From an uncultured bacterium (GTDB lineage: Bacteria; Eisenbacteria; RBG-16-71-46; JAFGJU01), in the NCBI GenBank assembly GCA_964570935.1, contig CAZMZP010000063.1, positions 2,603 through 66,602 on the forward strand: a stretch of 64,000 nucleotides of DNA. Direction: 5' to 3'. The notes under the pieces were generated by a model. The model had not been told where the DNA came from and searched no databases. It worked only from the letters and a program-made list of their open reading frames with translations. The position numbers were made by a program, and so were the translations under genes. Shown here piece by piece: positions 10,590 to 20,400 of the stretch (position 1 is the stretch's first letter; the number at the start of each line of letters is the position of its first letter).

Positions 10590-10666
10590 TGGTGGCGGCG
10601 CAGGGATTCGAACCCCGGACACGTGGATTATGATTCCACTGCTCTGACCAACTGAGCTACGCCGCC
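10590..10666 (-). tRNA. tRNA with anticodon CAU (elongator Met or Ile2 / lysidine type); not the initiator
   Basis: Hand-folded cloverleaf:
- acceptor GGCGGCG / CGCCGCC;
- D-arm GCTC-AGTTGGTCA-GAGC;
- anticodon stem GTGGA / TCCAC with loop AT-CAT-AA;
- T-arm CGGGG-TTCGAAT-CCCTG;
- discriminator A, CCA encoded.
There is no 1:72 mismatch and no three consecutive G-C pairs in the anticodon stem, so it is not the initiator. The 3' end lies 8 nt upstream of the tilS start on the same strand. Confidence 0.85.
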
Positions 10667-10893
10667 GCAATCAACAGGAAGCAGGGGGCTTGTTAGAGCC
10701 AGGGCGGGAGTTACGCACTCTGACGCCGCAATCTCGGTGGAAAGGATAGCGCAGCCGTGCCTGCCCGTCAACACGAGATTGGGTGACTTGACAGGTGTTG
10801 ACAAAGCTCGAAGCGTCCGTATATACTGTCCTGACCTTCTTGGTAATTGCGCCCTTCAAGGGGCCATTGTCGCTCGAAAGGAGAACCCAGAAT

Positions 10894-11532
10894 ATGAAGC
10901 AAGTCCGGTTGTTCGCCATTGCCGGCATTGTTTTCTGTTGCCTGAGCACGCCTTGTCTGTCGGCCGACGTGACGGGCCGGGCCTTCATCACGAGCGCGGT
11001 CGGGACCCTCACATTCATATCCGACGAGTACATGAACGGCAACGCCCTCGACAGCAGCGTGAAACCCAGGTTCTACGGCCAGATGGGATTCGGTTACATG
11101 TTCAAGCAGTACCTGGCTGCCACGGCCAACGCCGGATTCGGCTGGGAAGCCTATTCGTTTGATGACGACAGGCTGGTGACCATGGTTCCTGTCACGGTGG
11201 GGGCGGAGTACCGTCTGGGAACCGGCAAGTACGTGCCCAGGGCGGGAGCGGGGTTCGGTCTGTACCACTGGAGCGTGCTCCAGGACCGCAGAGTGCTCAA
11301 GGACGCGGTCACTAGGGAAGAGCTAACGCGAAATGACTTAGGCGTTTACGGCCTTGTGGGGGTGGACTATTTCGCCGTCCCGAGCATATCAGTCTCCTTT
11401 GACGTCACCGGGCACCGCATCTTCTCGGCTGACGAGGACGCTTTCCCTTCGGGTTACGGGCTCAACGACGACATGCTGATGTTCAGAGTGGGCGTCAGGT
11501 ACTACTTCAGCTCTCAGAAGAAGGGTCTCTAA
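10894..11532 (+). CDS. outer-membrane beta-barrel protein (OmpW / porin-like), secreted
   Basis: Signal peptide MKQVRLFAIAGIVFCCLSTPCLSA after an AAAGGAGAA RBS. Alternating aromatic / glycine beta-strand pattern (GFGYMF, YGLVGVDYF, VGVRYYF). Start moved to the internal ATG. Confidence 0.55.
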   Translation: MKQVRLFAIAGIVFCCLSTPCLSADVTGRAFITSAVGTLTFISDEYMNGNALDSSVKPRFYGQMGFGYMFKQYLAATANAGFGWEAYSFDDDRLVTMVPVTVGAEYRLGTGKYVPRAGAGFGLYHWSVLQDRRVLKDAVTREELTRNDLGVYGLVGVDYFAVPSISVSFDVTGHRIFSADEDAFPSGYGLNDDMLMFRVGVRYYFSSQKKGL

Positions 11533-11763
11533 AACAGGGCGCTAGCCCGGGTGTAATGCTTTCGGAGCAACATCGGTTCAACCAGGCAGATCCAGGCAAT
11601 TCGTCGTTCTTCCAACGTAGACATACAGGTAGAACCGGCCTTCTGGCCGGCCCGTCACCGGAGCGGCGGGCTCGGCGTGCGCCTATTCCCGCCGGCGCCT
11701 TGACGTTAGTCATGATTGCCACATATACGAATATATGGATATGAGTATATAAGGGGGCAGGCC

Positions 11764-13230
11764 ATGCAGGACAAGTTCTCGGAGCTGGAAGGCATAACCT
11801 TTGATGATGTTCTCGTTCTACCCGCCCGTTCGTCCGTGCTCCCCGGGCAGGTCGACACCCGGACCCGACTGACCGGGAGCATTCAGCTCAACATCCCGCT
11901 GCTCAGCGCGGCCATGGACACCGTCACGGGGGCGGCACTGGCCATCGCCCTGGCGCGGGAGGGCGGCATCGGGACCATCCACAAGAACATGGGCATCGCG
12001 GAGCAGGCCGCAGAAGTGGACAGAGTCAAGAGGAGCGAGAGCGGGATGATAACCGACCCCATCACTCTCCCGCCGGACGCGCCCGTCCGTCAGGCTCTGG
12101 CACTGATGGAGAGGTTCAAGATATCCGGAGTCCCCATTACCCGGGACAGGAAGCTGGTGGGCATCCTCACCAACAGGGACCTCCGATTCGTGGAGAGCCT
12201 TGACAGCCCCATAGAGCGGGTGATGACCTCTGACAATCTGATTACCGCGCCGGCAGGCACCACGCTCGAGCAGGCCAGCAAGATCCTCCACAAGCACAGA
12301 ATCGAGAAGCTTCCGGTCGTGGACGAAAGCTACGGCCTGGTGGGCCTCATCACGGTCAAGGACATCATGAAACGGATCCAGTTCCCGCGGGCCTGCAAGG
12401 ACAAAGACGGGAGGCTTCGCGTGGCGGCGGCAGTGGGGGTCGGAGGCGACCTGGAGGAGAGAGTGACTGAGCTCGTGAAGGCGGGCGTGGACGTCATAGT
12501 CCTGGACAGCGCACACGGGCACACGGAGAACGTGCTGGCGGCCGGAGCGAGGACGAAGAAGGCAGCGCCGGGGGTCCAACTGGTATTGGGCAACGTCGGG
12601 ACCGCCGACGGAGCGCGGGACCTGATCGCGGCCGGTGCCGACGCGGTGAAAGTGGGCATGGGACCCGGCGCGACGTGCACAACGAGGGTGATCGCCGGAG
12701 TCGGCGTTCCCCAGGTGACGGCCATCATGGAATGCGCCCGCATCGGGGACAAGGTGGACGTTCCGGTGATCGCGGACGGCGGTATACGGCACTCCGGAGA
12801 CATAGTGAAGGCCATAGCGGCCGGCGCAAGCTCGGTCATGATAGGGAACCTGTTCGCCGGCACAGAAGAGAGCCCCGGCGAGACCATCCTGTACGAGGGC
12901 AGAAGCTACAAGGCCTACCGCGGCATGGGGGCCATAACGTCGATGAAGAAGGGCAGCGCCGACCGTTACCAGCAGGAGGCGAGGACCGAGGAGAGCAAGC
13001 TTGTGGCCGAAGGGATAGAGGGCCGGGTCCCCTACAAAGGCCCGCTGAGCCAGACGGTCTACCAGCTCGTCGGAGGCTTGAGGTCGGGCATGGGATACTG
13101 CGGCGCGAAGACGGTGGAGGAGCTCCGGGCCAACGCCCGCTTCATCCGTGTGAGCGGCGCCGCGCTCAGGGAGAGTCACCCGCATGACATCATCATCACG
13201 CGAGAAGCTCCGAACTACTGGCCGAGGTAG
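11764..13230 (+). CDS. guaB: inosine-5'-monophosphate dehydrogenase
   Basis: [20 protein letters not shown] start, a CBS pair, catalytic GIGPGSICTT-like loop ([11 protein letters not shown]), and [12 protein letters not shown]. Confidence 0.95.
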   Translation: MQDKFSELEGITFDDVLVLPARSSVLPGQVDTRTRLTGSIQLNIPLLSAAMDTVTGAALAIALAREGGIGTIHKNMGIAEQAAEVDRVKRSESGMITDPITLPPDAPVRQALALMERFKISGVPITRDRKLVGILTNRDLRFVESLDSPIERVMTSDNLITAPAGTTLEQASKILHKHRIEKLPVVDESYGLVGLITVKDIMKRIQFPRACKDKDGRLRVAAAVGVGGDLEERVTELVKAGVDVIVLDSAHGHTENVLAAGARTKKAAPGVQLVLGNVGTADGARDLIAAGADAVKVGMGPGATCTTRVIAGVGVPQVTAIMECARIGDKVDVPVIADGGIRHSGDIVKAIAAGASSVMIGNLFAGTEESPGETILYEGRSYKAYRGMGAITSMKKGSADRYQQEARTEESKLVAEGIEGRVPYKGPLSQTVYQLVGGLRSGMGYCGAKTVEELRANARFIRVSGAALRESHPHDIIITREAPNYWPR

Positions 13231-13261
13231 CGCACCGGGTCGGGCGGACGAGCTCACCGAT

Positions 13262-13969
13262 ATGCTGAGGGAAGTGGCCTTCTCGTGCTCCATGAGTCTT
13301 TTCGGCACGGCCTGCTTCCGGAACTGCGAAGACCTCGCGCCAGGCTCCCTTCCGTTCTCGCTCGCGGACCTGCCGTACGCAGTGTCCGTAGGATTCCGGC
13401 TGAGCGATCCGGTCATGGACGGCCTGGTGGACAGGCCGACGCGCACCTACCAGTACCACTACCGCCAGGTGAATCTTCTGATAGACCACACACTGCTCCT
13501 ACTGCTGGGCAAGCTGCACGAGTTCGGCTACGAGGGCTTTCCGGTCCCGTCTTCTCAAATCGTGAACTGGGAGGACAGCACCGGACACCTGGCACATAAG
13601 ATGGTCGCCTCCGTCGCGGGCCTCGGGTGGTTGGGCCGGAACAATCTCCTGGTTTCGCCGCTCTACGGGGCGAGGGTGCGGTACGGAAGTCTGTTCACGA
13701 ACGCTCCTCTCCGGTTGACCGCGCAGGCGGAAGGAGCGCCCTGCGGCGCGGGCGGCAAGGGTGAGGGCGCGTACTCTTCCCGGTTTGAGTGCGGCAGCTG
13801 CTTCGCGTGCGTCTCCGCCTGTCCGGCAGGCGCAATCGGGAAGACGCGGGCAGAGTTCGACCTCGAGAAATGCCGACAGACGCTCAAGAGCTTCGAGAAG
13901 TCCGAGAACATCGGCTCCATGATATGCGGGCTTTGCATCAAGGCCTGCCGCGGGCGGCGGCTCGACTGA
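13262..13969 (+). CDS. epoxyqueuosine reductase QueG-like 4Fe-4S protein (short form)
   Basis: HKMVASVAGLGWLGRNNLLVSP, the QueG/DUF1730 hallmark, then a CGSCFACVSACPAGAI ferredoxin motif and a second Cys cluster. The HEAT-like C-terminal domain is missing. Start moved to the ATG at 13262 to avoid overlap with guaB. Confidence 0.5.
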   Translation: MLREVAFSCSMSLFGTACFRNCEDLAPGSLPFSLADLPYAVSVGFRLSDPVMDGLVDRPTRTYQYHYRQVNLLIDHTLLLLLGKLHEFGYEGFPVPSSQIVNWEDSTGHLAHKMVASVAGLGWLGRNNLLVSPLYGARVRYGSLFTNAPLRLTAQAEGAPCGAGGKGEGAYSSRFECGSCFACVSACPAGAIGKTRAEFDLEKCRQTLKSFEKSENIGSMICGLCIKACRGRRLD

Positions 13970-14006
13970 GCGCCGCCGCGTAGGAATTCAGCGGGGTTCA
14001 CAGGCG

Positions 14007-14561
14007 ATGTCGTCTTTTCCTCAAACACTGCCGAGAGTGAAGCTGATCGCGGCGGTCATGGCCAGCCGGGAAGACCTCATCGGAGAAGCGATTTCCGCTC
14101 TTTCCCCGTCTTACGGCCCGGTCGAGTCCAAGGGTCCCGTTTTCGCTTTCACGTACTCCGGGTATTACACGGCGGAGATGGGGGAGGGACTCGTCAAGGC
14201 CTTCTGCTCGTTCCGCGGTCTCGTGGAGCCGACGGAGATCGTGGCGCGCAAGCTGGAGGCAATGGTGTGCGAGAAGAAATTTCTCGTCGAAGGGGCTCGT
14301 TCGAGGCGGGTGAACGTGGACCCGGGCTACCTCGACCTGATGAAGCTGGTCCTGGCCACAACGAAGAACGCGTCACACAGGGTCTACATAGGGTCCGGAG
14401 TGCATGGGGACGTTGAGCTCATCTACAAGTCCGGCGCGTATGCTCCGCTGGAGTGGACGTATTCCGACTATCGTGAACCGGCGACTCTGGAGTTCTTCGG
14501 AAAGGTGAGACGGGAGTACCTGGCCGAGCTAAGACACCAAAGAGAACACCCCTTCCGCTGA
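14007..14561 (+). CDS. DUF4416 family protein
   Basis: VKLIAAVM...RRVNVDPGYL...LVLATTKNASHRVYIGSGV pattern remembered for DUF4416; tentative. Confidence 0.45.
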   Translation: MSSFPQTLPRVKLIAAVMASREDLIGEAISALSPSYGPVESKGPVFAFTYSGYYTAEMGEGLVKAFCSFRGLVEPTEIVARKLEAMVCEKKFLVEGARSRRVNVDPGYLDLMKLVLATTKNASHRVYIGSGVHGDVELIYKSGAYAPLEWTYSDYREPATLEFFGKVRREYLAELRHQREHPFR

Positions 14562-14628
14562 TGTTGTCTTACCCAGGCTGTGTGGAAGGGGTGAGTAACC
14601 TCGCCGGGGGTTAGGGTCGCGAGGTCAA

Positions 14629-15405
14629 CTAATCCTGTTTTCTGATGGTGAACTCGAAGCTCGGGTCGAGCGCTTTTATTTCCTCCGCAAGCTTGTCCAA
14701 CTTCGTTTTCGCCGCCTGTGCCCCGGTCTTCTTCCATTCCGAGTACACGTCCAGCAACAAGTTCTGCTTCTGCCTGATCAGCTCCTTCTTTCCCTCCAAA
14801 TCCACGCTTCTCTCCAGGTGATAGACCTCCGCCCTGGCCAGTCGCGTCATGATGTCGGAGTACTCCCCCCTGAGGTGGGAAAGAATTCGCGAGTATCTTT
14901 CAAACCCGGTGGACAGTTTCTCGAGCACCTCGGAGATGGGCGGGTTCTTCCTGTGAACCTGCTGGCTGTATGTGTAGGCGAAGTGATAGTAAGCCTTGCC
15001 TCTTCCCATGGACGCTTCCTCCGCCGGCTGGCCCTTCGACCTTGGCCGTGACGTGAGTGTGGGAGGGTTGTCGAACAGGCCTATCGAGACAAGCAGGAAA
15101 TCGGACTTCGTCTTGTAGATCGTGTACTTCAACCTCGCGTCCGTGGAGCTCGCCAATCTCTGGAAAACGTCGATGTCGTATTTGGAGAGAGAGTTCTTCA
15201 CGCGTTCCACGTACTCAGGGTTGATGAACGAGCTGAGCAGTTGTGCCAGGTACACATTGACGTCTTCGTCGTAGTAATCCCGATTCGAAAGGAGCCCGGT
15301 CTGCACCTTCGAGTAGAGCAGGCAGTGCATGGTGAACAGATAGGTCGGCTGCACCTTCCTGCTCCTGTCGGTGAGATCCTTGCTGCGGGTCCTTCGATTC
15401 TCCAT
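14629..15405 (-). CDS. hypothetical protein
   Basis: Long ORF with a GGAGG RBS 5 nt upstream of the ATG at 15405; the 5' 43 codons of the track ORF are trimmed. Local GC is lower than the flanks. No recognisable domain. Divergent from the CheW-like cluster. Confidence 0.5.
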   Translation of the reverse strand: MENRRTRSKDLTDRSRKVQPTYLFTMHCLLYSKVQTGLLSNRDYYDEDVNVYLAQLLSSFINPEYVERVKNSLSKYDIDVFQRLASSTDARLKYTIYKTKSDFLLVSIGLFDNPPTLTSRPRSKGQPAEEASMGRGKAYYHFAYTYSQQVHRKNPPISEVLEKLSTGFERYSRILSHLRGEYSDIMTRLARAEVYHLERSVDLEGKKELIRQKQNLLLDVYSEWKKTGAQAAKTKLDKLAEEIKALDPSFEFTIRKQD

Positions 15406-15635
15406 GTGTACCTCCGCGTGTCCCTCCGCGCGTCCAGTCGTCCCGGCTGGAGACTGGCGCGTCCACCAGCGTCTAAAAGCAACTAGCATGCCACGCAGGC
15501 CGGAACGGGTGCCGCGCATCGCATTGATAGACATGACGTTATGAGCGCGCCTGGAGACTGGAGGCGTTCATCGAACGTTTGGACGAGGAGAACGCGGAAC
15601 TTTCATCTAATCAGTAGGCAAAACTCCGCAATCTG

Positions 15636-16412
15636 ATGAGATTCGGAAACACCGGGCAGCCGATGCCGGCATACGCGGGGATTCTGCAAGCCCCGTTGCG
15701 AACTGCAATGGTCACGGCGGGCAGCCGGAAGACGCGCGCGCGTTCAACTCGGGCCGGCGGGGGACTAACTCTTTCGCTGCGCTGGAATTATCGTATTATG
15801 GCTCTTGCGCTGATGATGGCATGCTATCTGCTACTCGCTTCAGCGTTCAACTATGCCCAACTGAGATACCCGTTTAAGATACCCGTTCAAGAGAGGTTGC
15901 CGGGCGCCATGCAAAGCCAGGTAATGGACAGACCAATCTCAGCGCCGGAGACGAGCGGAACCGCGGGCGCGGAGCGCCTCCGCCGCAAGACCGTCGTCTC
16001 GACACATCGCGACGTGCTCGTCTGCCTTGACATGCGGCGCGTGGTAGGCTGCGTTCAGGTCGAGAAGCTGACCAGGTTACCGGGCTCGCACGATATGATA
16101 GCGGGCATTCTGCTTTTCAGGGGGAGGCCGGTACCGCTCGTATCCGTCAGGCGTCACTCAGGGAGGCGCCGAAATCACAAAAAAAGAACCGAGGAGCACG
16201 CACTTGTTGTGTCCGCGCGGGGTAGAGAGTTCGCTCTCAGGGTCGACGACGTCCCGAAGATAGTCGAGGGGCCTCTGCCGTACGAACTCTACTCCGGCAG
16301 ACCGTGCGTGATGCGCACGAAACACGTAGAGAGGTTTCTCGAGCTTTGCGCTCTCTCGGGTAATGAACCGATAGACCGTTCGACAGTTCCAGGCTGCCGT
16401 CGCGCAGGCTGA
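15636..16412 (+). CDS. CheW-like domain protein with a hydrophobic N-terminal segment
   Basis: The C-terminal 150 aa fit a CheW fold (VLVCLD...VVGCVQVEKLTRLPG...IAGILLFRGRPVPLVSV...ALRVDDVPKIVEG). Start uncertain; alternatives include the ATG at 15798 (MALALMM). Confidence 0.5.
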   Translation: MRFGNTGQPMPAYAGILQAPLRTAMVTAGSRKTRARSTRAGGGLTLSLRWNYRIMALALMMACYLLLASAFNYAQLRYPFKIPVQERLPGAMQSQVMDRPISAPETSGTAGAERLRRKTVVSTHRDVLVCLDMRRVVGCVQVEKLTRLPGSHDMIAGILLFRGRPVPLVSVRRHSGRRRNHKKRTEEHALVVSARGREFALRVDDVPKIVEGPLPYELYSGRPCVMRTKHVERFLELCALSGNEPIDRSTVPGCRRAG

Positions 16413-16422
16413 GGAGGGTGAA

Positions 16423-17850
16423 ATGCAAGAGGCACTGCGAAAGAAACTCGTTCTGCTGGTGTTCCTGCCGGCATTGATCGCGAGCGTGCTGCTCGCGGGC
16501 ACGTTGTGCCTTTCCCTGGCGTGGGCCCCGTTCTCTCTGTGGGTCGCGGCCAGCGGCATGATGGCGCCTCTCGCAGTGGCCGCAATCCTGGTGGCCGCCG
16601 TTTCGCTGGTCTGCATGCTCGTGGCCATCATTCAGGCCTTCCGCATCGTGGGCCGCGGGACGAAGACGCTCCTCAAGACGACGGAGACCGGACGCATTTC
16701 CGAAAGGGACGTCCCGGAATCCCTGAGAGAAGACGTGGAGTTCAACGTGCTCGCGCGACGCATTGAGCAGCTGTCGCGCGGGGGCAAGGAAGCGCCGGAG
16801 GCCTCCAGGAAGATTGTTCAGATGGAAGACGAGTTGAGGAAAATCGCGCGAGCCCTGGAGGAGGTCTCCGTCGGCTCGCCCTACGTTCCGCTGCCGGAGA
16901 AGGAGGGCCTGACCGGCAGCGTCGTGTCGCTGTTGAACAAGGTGCTCCCGGAGTCCCTGGGACTGCGCGGCGCGGCGACGGAGAGCGTCCAGGGAATGGA
17001 AGCGGAGCTTCGCGAGACCCGCGAGGCCACCCAGGAGCTGGCCGCCACGGCCGAGAGGACCTTTCTGGAATCCACGGAGACCCTCGTGGCCGCCAGGGAG
17101 GCGAGCAGGTTGGCCGCGGAGGCAGAGCAGAAGTTACGGGCGATGGCGGCGGAAGAAGAGTCCAAAGTCGGACTCAGGTGCCAGAAGGAAGCGGTCCGCG
17201 AGGCAGTGACCAGGCTGATCGAGGCGGTGGCTCACGGAATCGAAGACCTCACCAACGGACTGTTGAAGGCTAGCGCGCTGTCCAGGAGCTCCGAAAGGAT
17301 CGCAAACAGGGCGTCTGTCCTGGCTCTGAACATTTCCGTGGAATCCGCAAAGGCGTCGCTTCCGGGAATGAACGTGCTGGCCGACGAAATCATGAAGCTG
17401 GCGGACTTCGCCAGAGCGTGCAGCGACCAAAGCGAGTCGGTCACAAGAGAGATAGAAACGAAGGTGGATTCTGTGATCCGAGGGATGCACGTGGCTCAGG
17501 AAGAAGTCAGGCACAAGACCCGGCTCCTGGGTCTGGGCGCTCCAGTCGAGGAATCGCCTGGCCGCGAAACACGAGCGGAGCTCGAGAAAACCACCAAGAG
17601 ACTGTGCGATTCCGTCGCCAGGCTTCTGACCAGGGTCCAAGAGCTCTCTAAACTCACCGAGAAGGCCTCCAGCGACGCCGACCGGATGAGCCGAAGAGCG
17701 GTGGCGGCGTGTGACCAGGCAAGGCTGCTTGCCGGAGGCGAACCCTGGAGGAGCCCGTCCTTGCTACCGGAGTCTCCAGAGATACAGACGCTTTCAGACG
17801 AGGATCTGTTGATGGAAGATCCGGCCGTCGGCGACAGAGAAGGAGAGTGA
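16423..17850 (+). CDS. methyl-accepting chemotaxis protein-like transducer (2 TM plus MCP signalling domain)
   Basis: Two N-terminal TM helices and coiled-coil regions. MCP signalling-domain core ALNISVESAKAS..GMNVLADEIMKLADFA matches ALNAAIEAARAGE..GFAVVADEVRKLAE. Confidence 0.7.
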   Translation: MQEALRKKLVLLVFLPALIASVLLAGTLCLSLAWAPFSLWVAASGMMAPLAVAAILVAAVSLVCMLVAIIQAFRIVGRGTKTLLKTTETGRISERDVPESLREDVEFNVLARRIEQLSRGGKEAPEASRKIVQMEDELRKIARALEEVSVGSPYVPLPEKEGLTGSVVSLLNKVLPESLGLRGAATESVQGMEAELRETREATQELAATAERTFLESTETLVAAREASRLAAEAEQKLRAMAAEEESKVGLRCQKEAVREAVTRLIEAVAHGIEDLTNGLLKASALSRSSERIANRASVLALNISVESAKASLPGMNVLADEIMKLADFARACSDQSESVTREIETKVDSVIRGMHVAQEEVRHKTRLLGLGAPVEESPGRETRAELEKTTKRLCDSVARLLTRVQELSKLTEKASSDADRMSRRAVAACDQARLLAGGEPWRSPSLLPESPEIQTLSDEDLLMEDPAVGDREGE

Positions 17851-18344
17851 AGGTGGCGGACACAAACGTGGTTGCCCCGAAGGAAGGCGAAGGCGCGTCG
17901 CTCGACGCACGCGGTCCGGTGACGGCATTCCTGGTGCTGGAAACCCAGGGGGAACTGTACGCGGTGCGCTGGGCGCTGGTGAGGGAGGCGGGGATCGTTT
18001 CGGCCCAGGACCTCACGGTCTCGGCCGAACGGCCTGAGGTGCGGAGAAACGGCGATGTCTTCCCGCTCTACTACCTCTGGGAGCTTGTGGGCCAGAGCGA
18101 AGCCGGAAAGCGGCCCGAGGAAACCGCGGCAGTCTTTCTGGAGGAGAACGAGAAGCGGATGGTGCTTGCATCGGACAGGATTCTGTGGAAGCAGGAGGCG
18201 GACCTGCGCCGGTTGCCGCAGTGGATCAAGAAGGCTCCCGTTGTGGCCGGATTGATAGCGCTCGCCAGCGGAGTGGCCGTGGTCGTGGTCGAGCCGTTTC
18301 AGATGACGGAGCACGAATGTCTGTATGACCAGTACACACGATAG
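17847..18344 (+). CDS. CheW-like coupling protein
   Basis: GTG start overlapping the upstream stop by 4 nt. LVLETQGELYAVRWALVREAG...MVLASDRILW resembles CheW. Confidence 0.55.
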   Translation: MKVADTNVVAPKEGEGASLDARGPVTAFLVLETQGELYAVRWALVREAGIVSAQDLTVSAERPEVRRNGDVFPLYYLWELVGQSEAGKRPEETAAVFLEENEKRMVLASDRILWKQEADLRRLPQWIKKAPVVAGLIALASGVAVVVVEPFQMTEHECLYDQYTR

Positions 18345-19917
18345 AACATCAGCTCCGAACGAGCCGAAAGTGCGGCGCAGGAGGGTCCTCATCGCCGACG
18401 ACGACCCGAGGGTCGTCGAGCTGCTGCGGATAACTCTGTCCAACAGCGGCTACGAAGTCATGTCCGCGCAGGACGGCCGCGAGGCGCTCGAAGTAGCCGG
18501 CAAGCAGAAGCCCGACCTCGTGATACTGGACGTGAAGATGCCCAAGGCCACGGGGTTAGAGGTGTGCGAATCGCTCAAGGGGAATGACCCCGAGTACTGC
18601 CCGCCGGTCATACTTATCTCCGGCCAGGCCGACGCCGGCACCAGGCTGCAGGGTCTGGACAAGGGAGCGGACGACTTCCTGACGAAGCCCTTCTCGCCCA
18701 AGGAGCTCCTGGCGAAGATGGAGAAGATCTTCAAGGGATTCGAGAACAGCAAGCACCTGTCCGACGTCAGCGTGGAGTTCCAGCGCGAGATCAAACGGGG
18801 CGAGCAGGAGCTGGAGAAGGTCAACAACGAGCTCAAGAGGCTCCTCTACAGCAAGGACACGTTGATCGGCCTCAGCCAGCAGCTCAACAGCAGCCTCAGG
18901 CTCGAGACTCTTCTGGACACTTTCCTGCTGACGGTGGTCGGTCAGCTGCGCGTCGAGAGCGCGTGCTTCCTGCTGGTGAAGGGGTGGGATTCCAGGACGC
19001 TCGTGTACTGCGCCTCCAAGGGTGTGAAGAACGAGCTCGTGACGAACCTCGAGATCTCGTTCGACAGCCCGCTCGGCTCGGTACTTTCCTCGACCGAAAA
19101 ACCCCTGGGCATGGAAGACCTCGAGAACTACCCGGGCCTGCCCCAGCAGCTTCAGCCGATAGCCGCGGCCGGCTTCATACTGTGCTGTCCTATCGTGGTC
19201 AAGTCCTGCTTCATAGGGCTGCTGCTCCTCGGCGAACGCGTGCACGGCAACGGGTTCACTCAGCTCGACATGGAAATGCTGGCGAGCCTCTCCAGCTCGG
19301 CGGGCATCGCCATCGAGAACGCCCGTCTGTACAACGAGCTTCAGGAAACCTACCTCGCGACGATCAAGGCCTTCGTGAACACCATCGAAGCCAAGGACCC
19401 GTACACCCGCGGCCACACCGAGCGAGTAGCCGAATACGCGACGTCCATCGCGGAAGGCATGGGGTTCACGCCGGAAGAAATCGAAACGGTGCGGTTCGGG
19501 GCGATCCTGCACGACATCGGGAAGCTGGGCGTGTATGAGCAAATTCTATGGAAGCCCACCGAGCTGGACGAAGAAGAATGGAAGATAGTTAAGAGCCATC
19601 CCGAAATGGGCGCCTCCATCCTGGGCGGCATCAGGTTTCTGGAGAAGGCGATAGACATCGTGCGGCATCATCACGAACGTCTGGACGGCAAGGGATACCC
19701 CGACTCGCTTCAAGGCGAAGCCCTCTCCCTCAACGCCCGGATAGTCTGCGTGGCTGACAGCTTCGACGCCATGACGAGCGACAGACCCTACCGGGACGCG
19801 CTCCCGGTGAGAGAGGCCGTGTCCCAGATGGAGAAGAAGGCCGGGACCCAGTTCGACCGCAGAGTCGTCGACACATTCAAGAAACTCATCACTGCCGGGT
19901 CGATGAACATCGGCTGA
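18325..19917 (+). CDS. response regulator with GAF and HD-GYP (c-di-GMP phosphodiesterase) domains
   Basis: REC domain (VLIADDD...DLVILDVKMP...KPF), a central GAF-like region, then HD-GYP motifs ILHDIGKLGV and HHERLDGKGYP. Confidence 0.8.
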   Translation: MTSTHDRTSAPNEPKVRRRRVLIADDDPRVVELLRITLSNSGYEVMSAQDGREALEVAGKQKPDLVILDVKMPKATGLEVCESLKGNDPEYCPPVILISGQADAGTRLQGLDKGADDFLTKPFSPKELLAKMEKIFKGFENSKHLSDVSVEFQREIKRGEQELEKVNNELKRLLYSKDTLIGLSQQLNSSLRLETLLDTFLLTVVGQLRVESACFLLVKGWDSRTLVYCASKGVKNELVTNLEISFDSPLGSVLSSTEKPLGMEDLENYPGLPQQLQPIAAAGFILCCPIVVKSCFIGLLLLGERVHGNGFTQLDMEMLASLSSSAGIAIENARLYNELQETYLATIKAFVNTIEAKDPYTRGHTERVAEYATSIAEGMGFTPEEIETVRFGAILHDIGKLGVYEQILWKPTELDEEEWKIVKSHPEMGASILGGIRFLEKAIDIVRHHHERLDGKGYPDSLQGEALSLNARIVCVADSFDAMTSDRPYRDALPVREAVSQMEKKAGTQFDRRVVDTFKKLITAGSMNIG

Positions 19918-20400
19918 TCCCCCACGTCCCCCCGACTCCACACTCCCGCCGTCTCTGTGCCCGCTCTGTGTCCCGTCGTGCCCGGAGCCGTGAACCAGGT
20001 TCACTCCCGCGATCGGCGGCCGGGCTCGTCTGTCCGGATTGGGAATGGGGCGCGGGGCCGGCCGCGGGCCGGCGCGCCGCTAATTGCTTGCGTCACAACC
20101 CGTCGCCACGCGCGGAATCGGGGCGCGGCGGGGCGACTGCGGCAGGCAGCCGGGGCACGGAACTTGCCTGTCATGAGTCGTTCGACCTGTGGGGCCGGGC
20201 TCCCGGCAGGGTGGATGCTGTGGATGTGGTTGGGTAGTGCCTCTGGATAAGGGAAAGCTCCGGCCCCGCCAACAACCTTTCTGTTTCGCTCGTCGCTCCA
20301 GCAGGCGGCCCCACCCCTCTGTTCCCGTCTCACGCTCGCGCACGCGGTGACGGCACTGCGCACGCCCCCTGTCCGGCCCTCGCAGCCGGCCAAAAACATG

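Noticed and set aside
10590-10666. Possibility that the CAU tRNA is the initiator tRNA-fMet
   Set aside because: The 1:72 pair is a normal G-C and the anticodon stem lacks the three consecutive G-C pairs characteristic of bacterial initiators.
11818-13446. 542-aa ORF on the minus strand opposite guaB. Similar long antisense ORFs: 21172..22206, 25904..27364, 31781..33601, 36400..37557, 44360..45895, 45748..47187, 57680..59275, 7642..8808, 8070..9284.
   Set aside because: All lie antisense to well-supported conserved genes. They are Arg/Pro/Gly-rich, as is typical of stop-codon depletion in about 65% GC DNA, and have no recognisable motifs or RBS.
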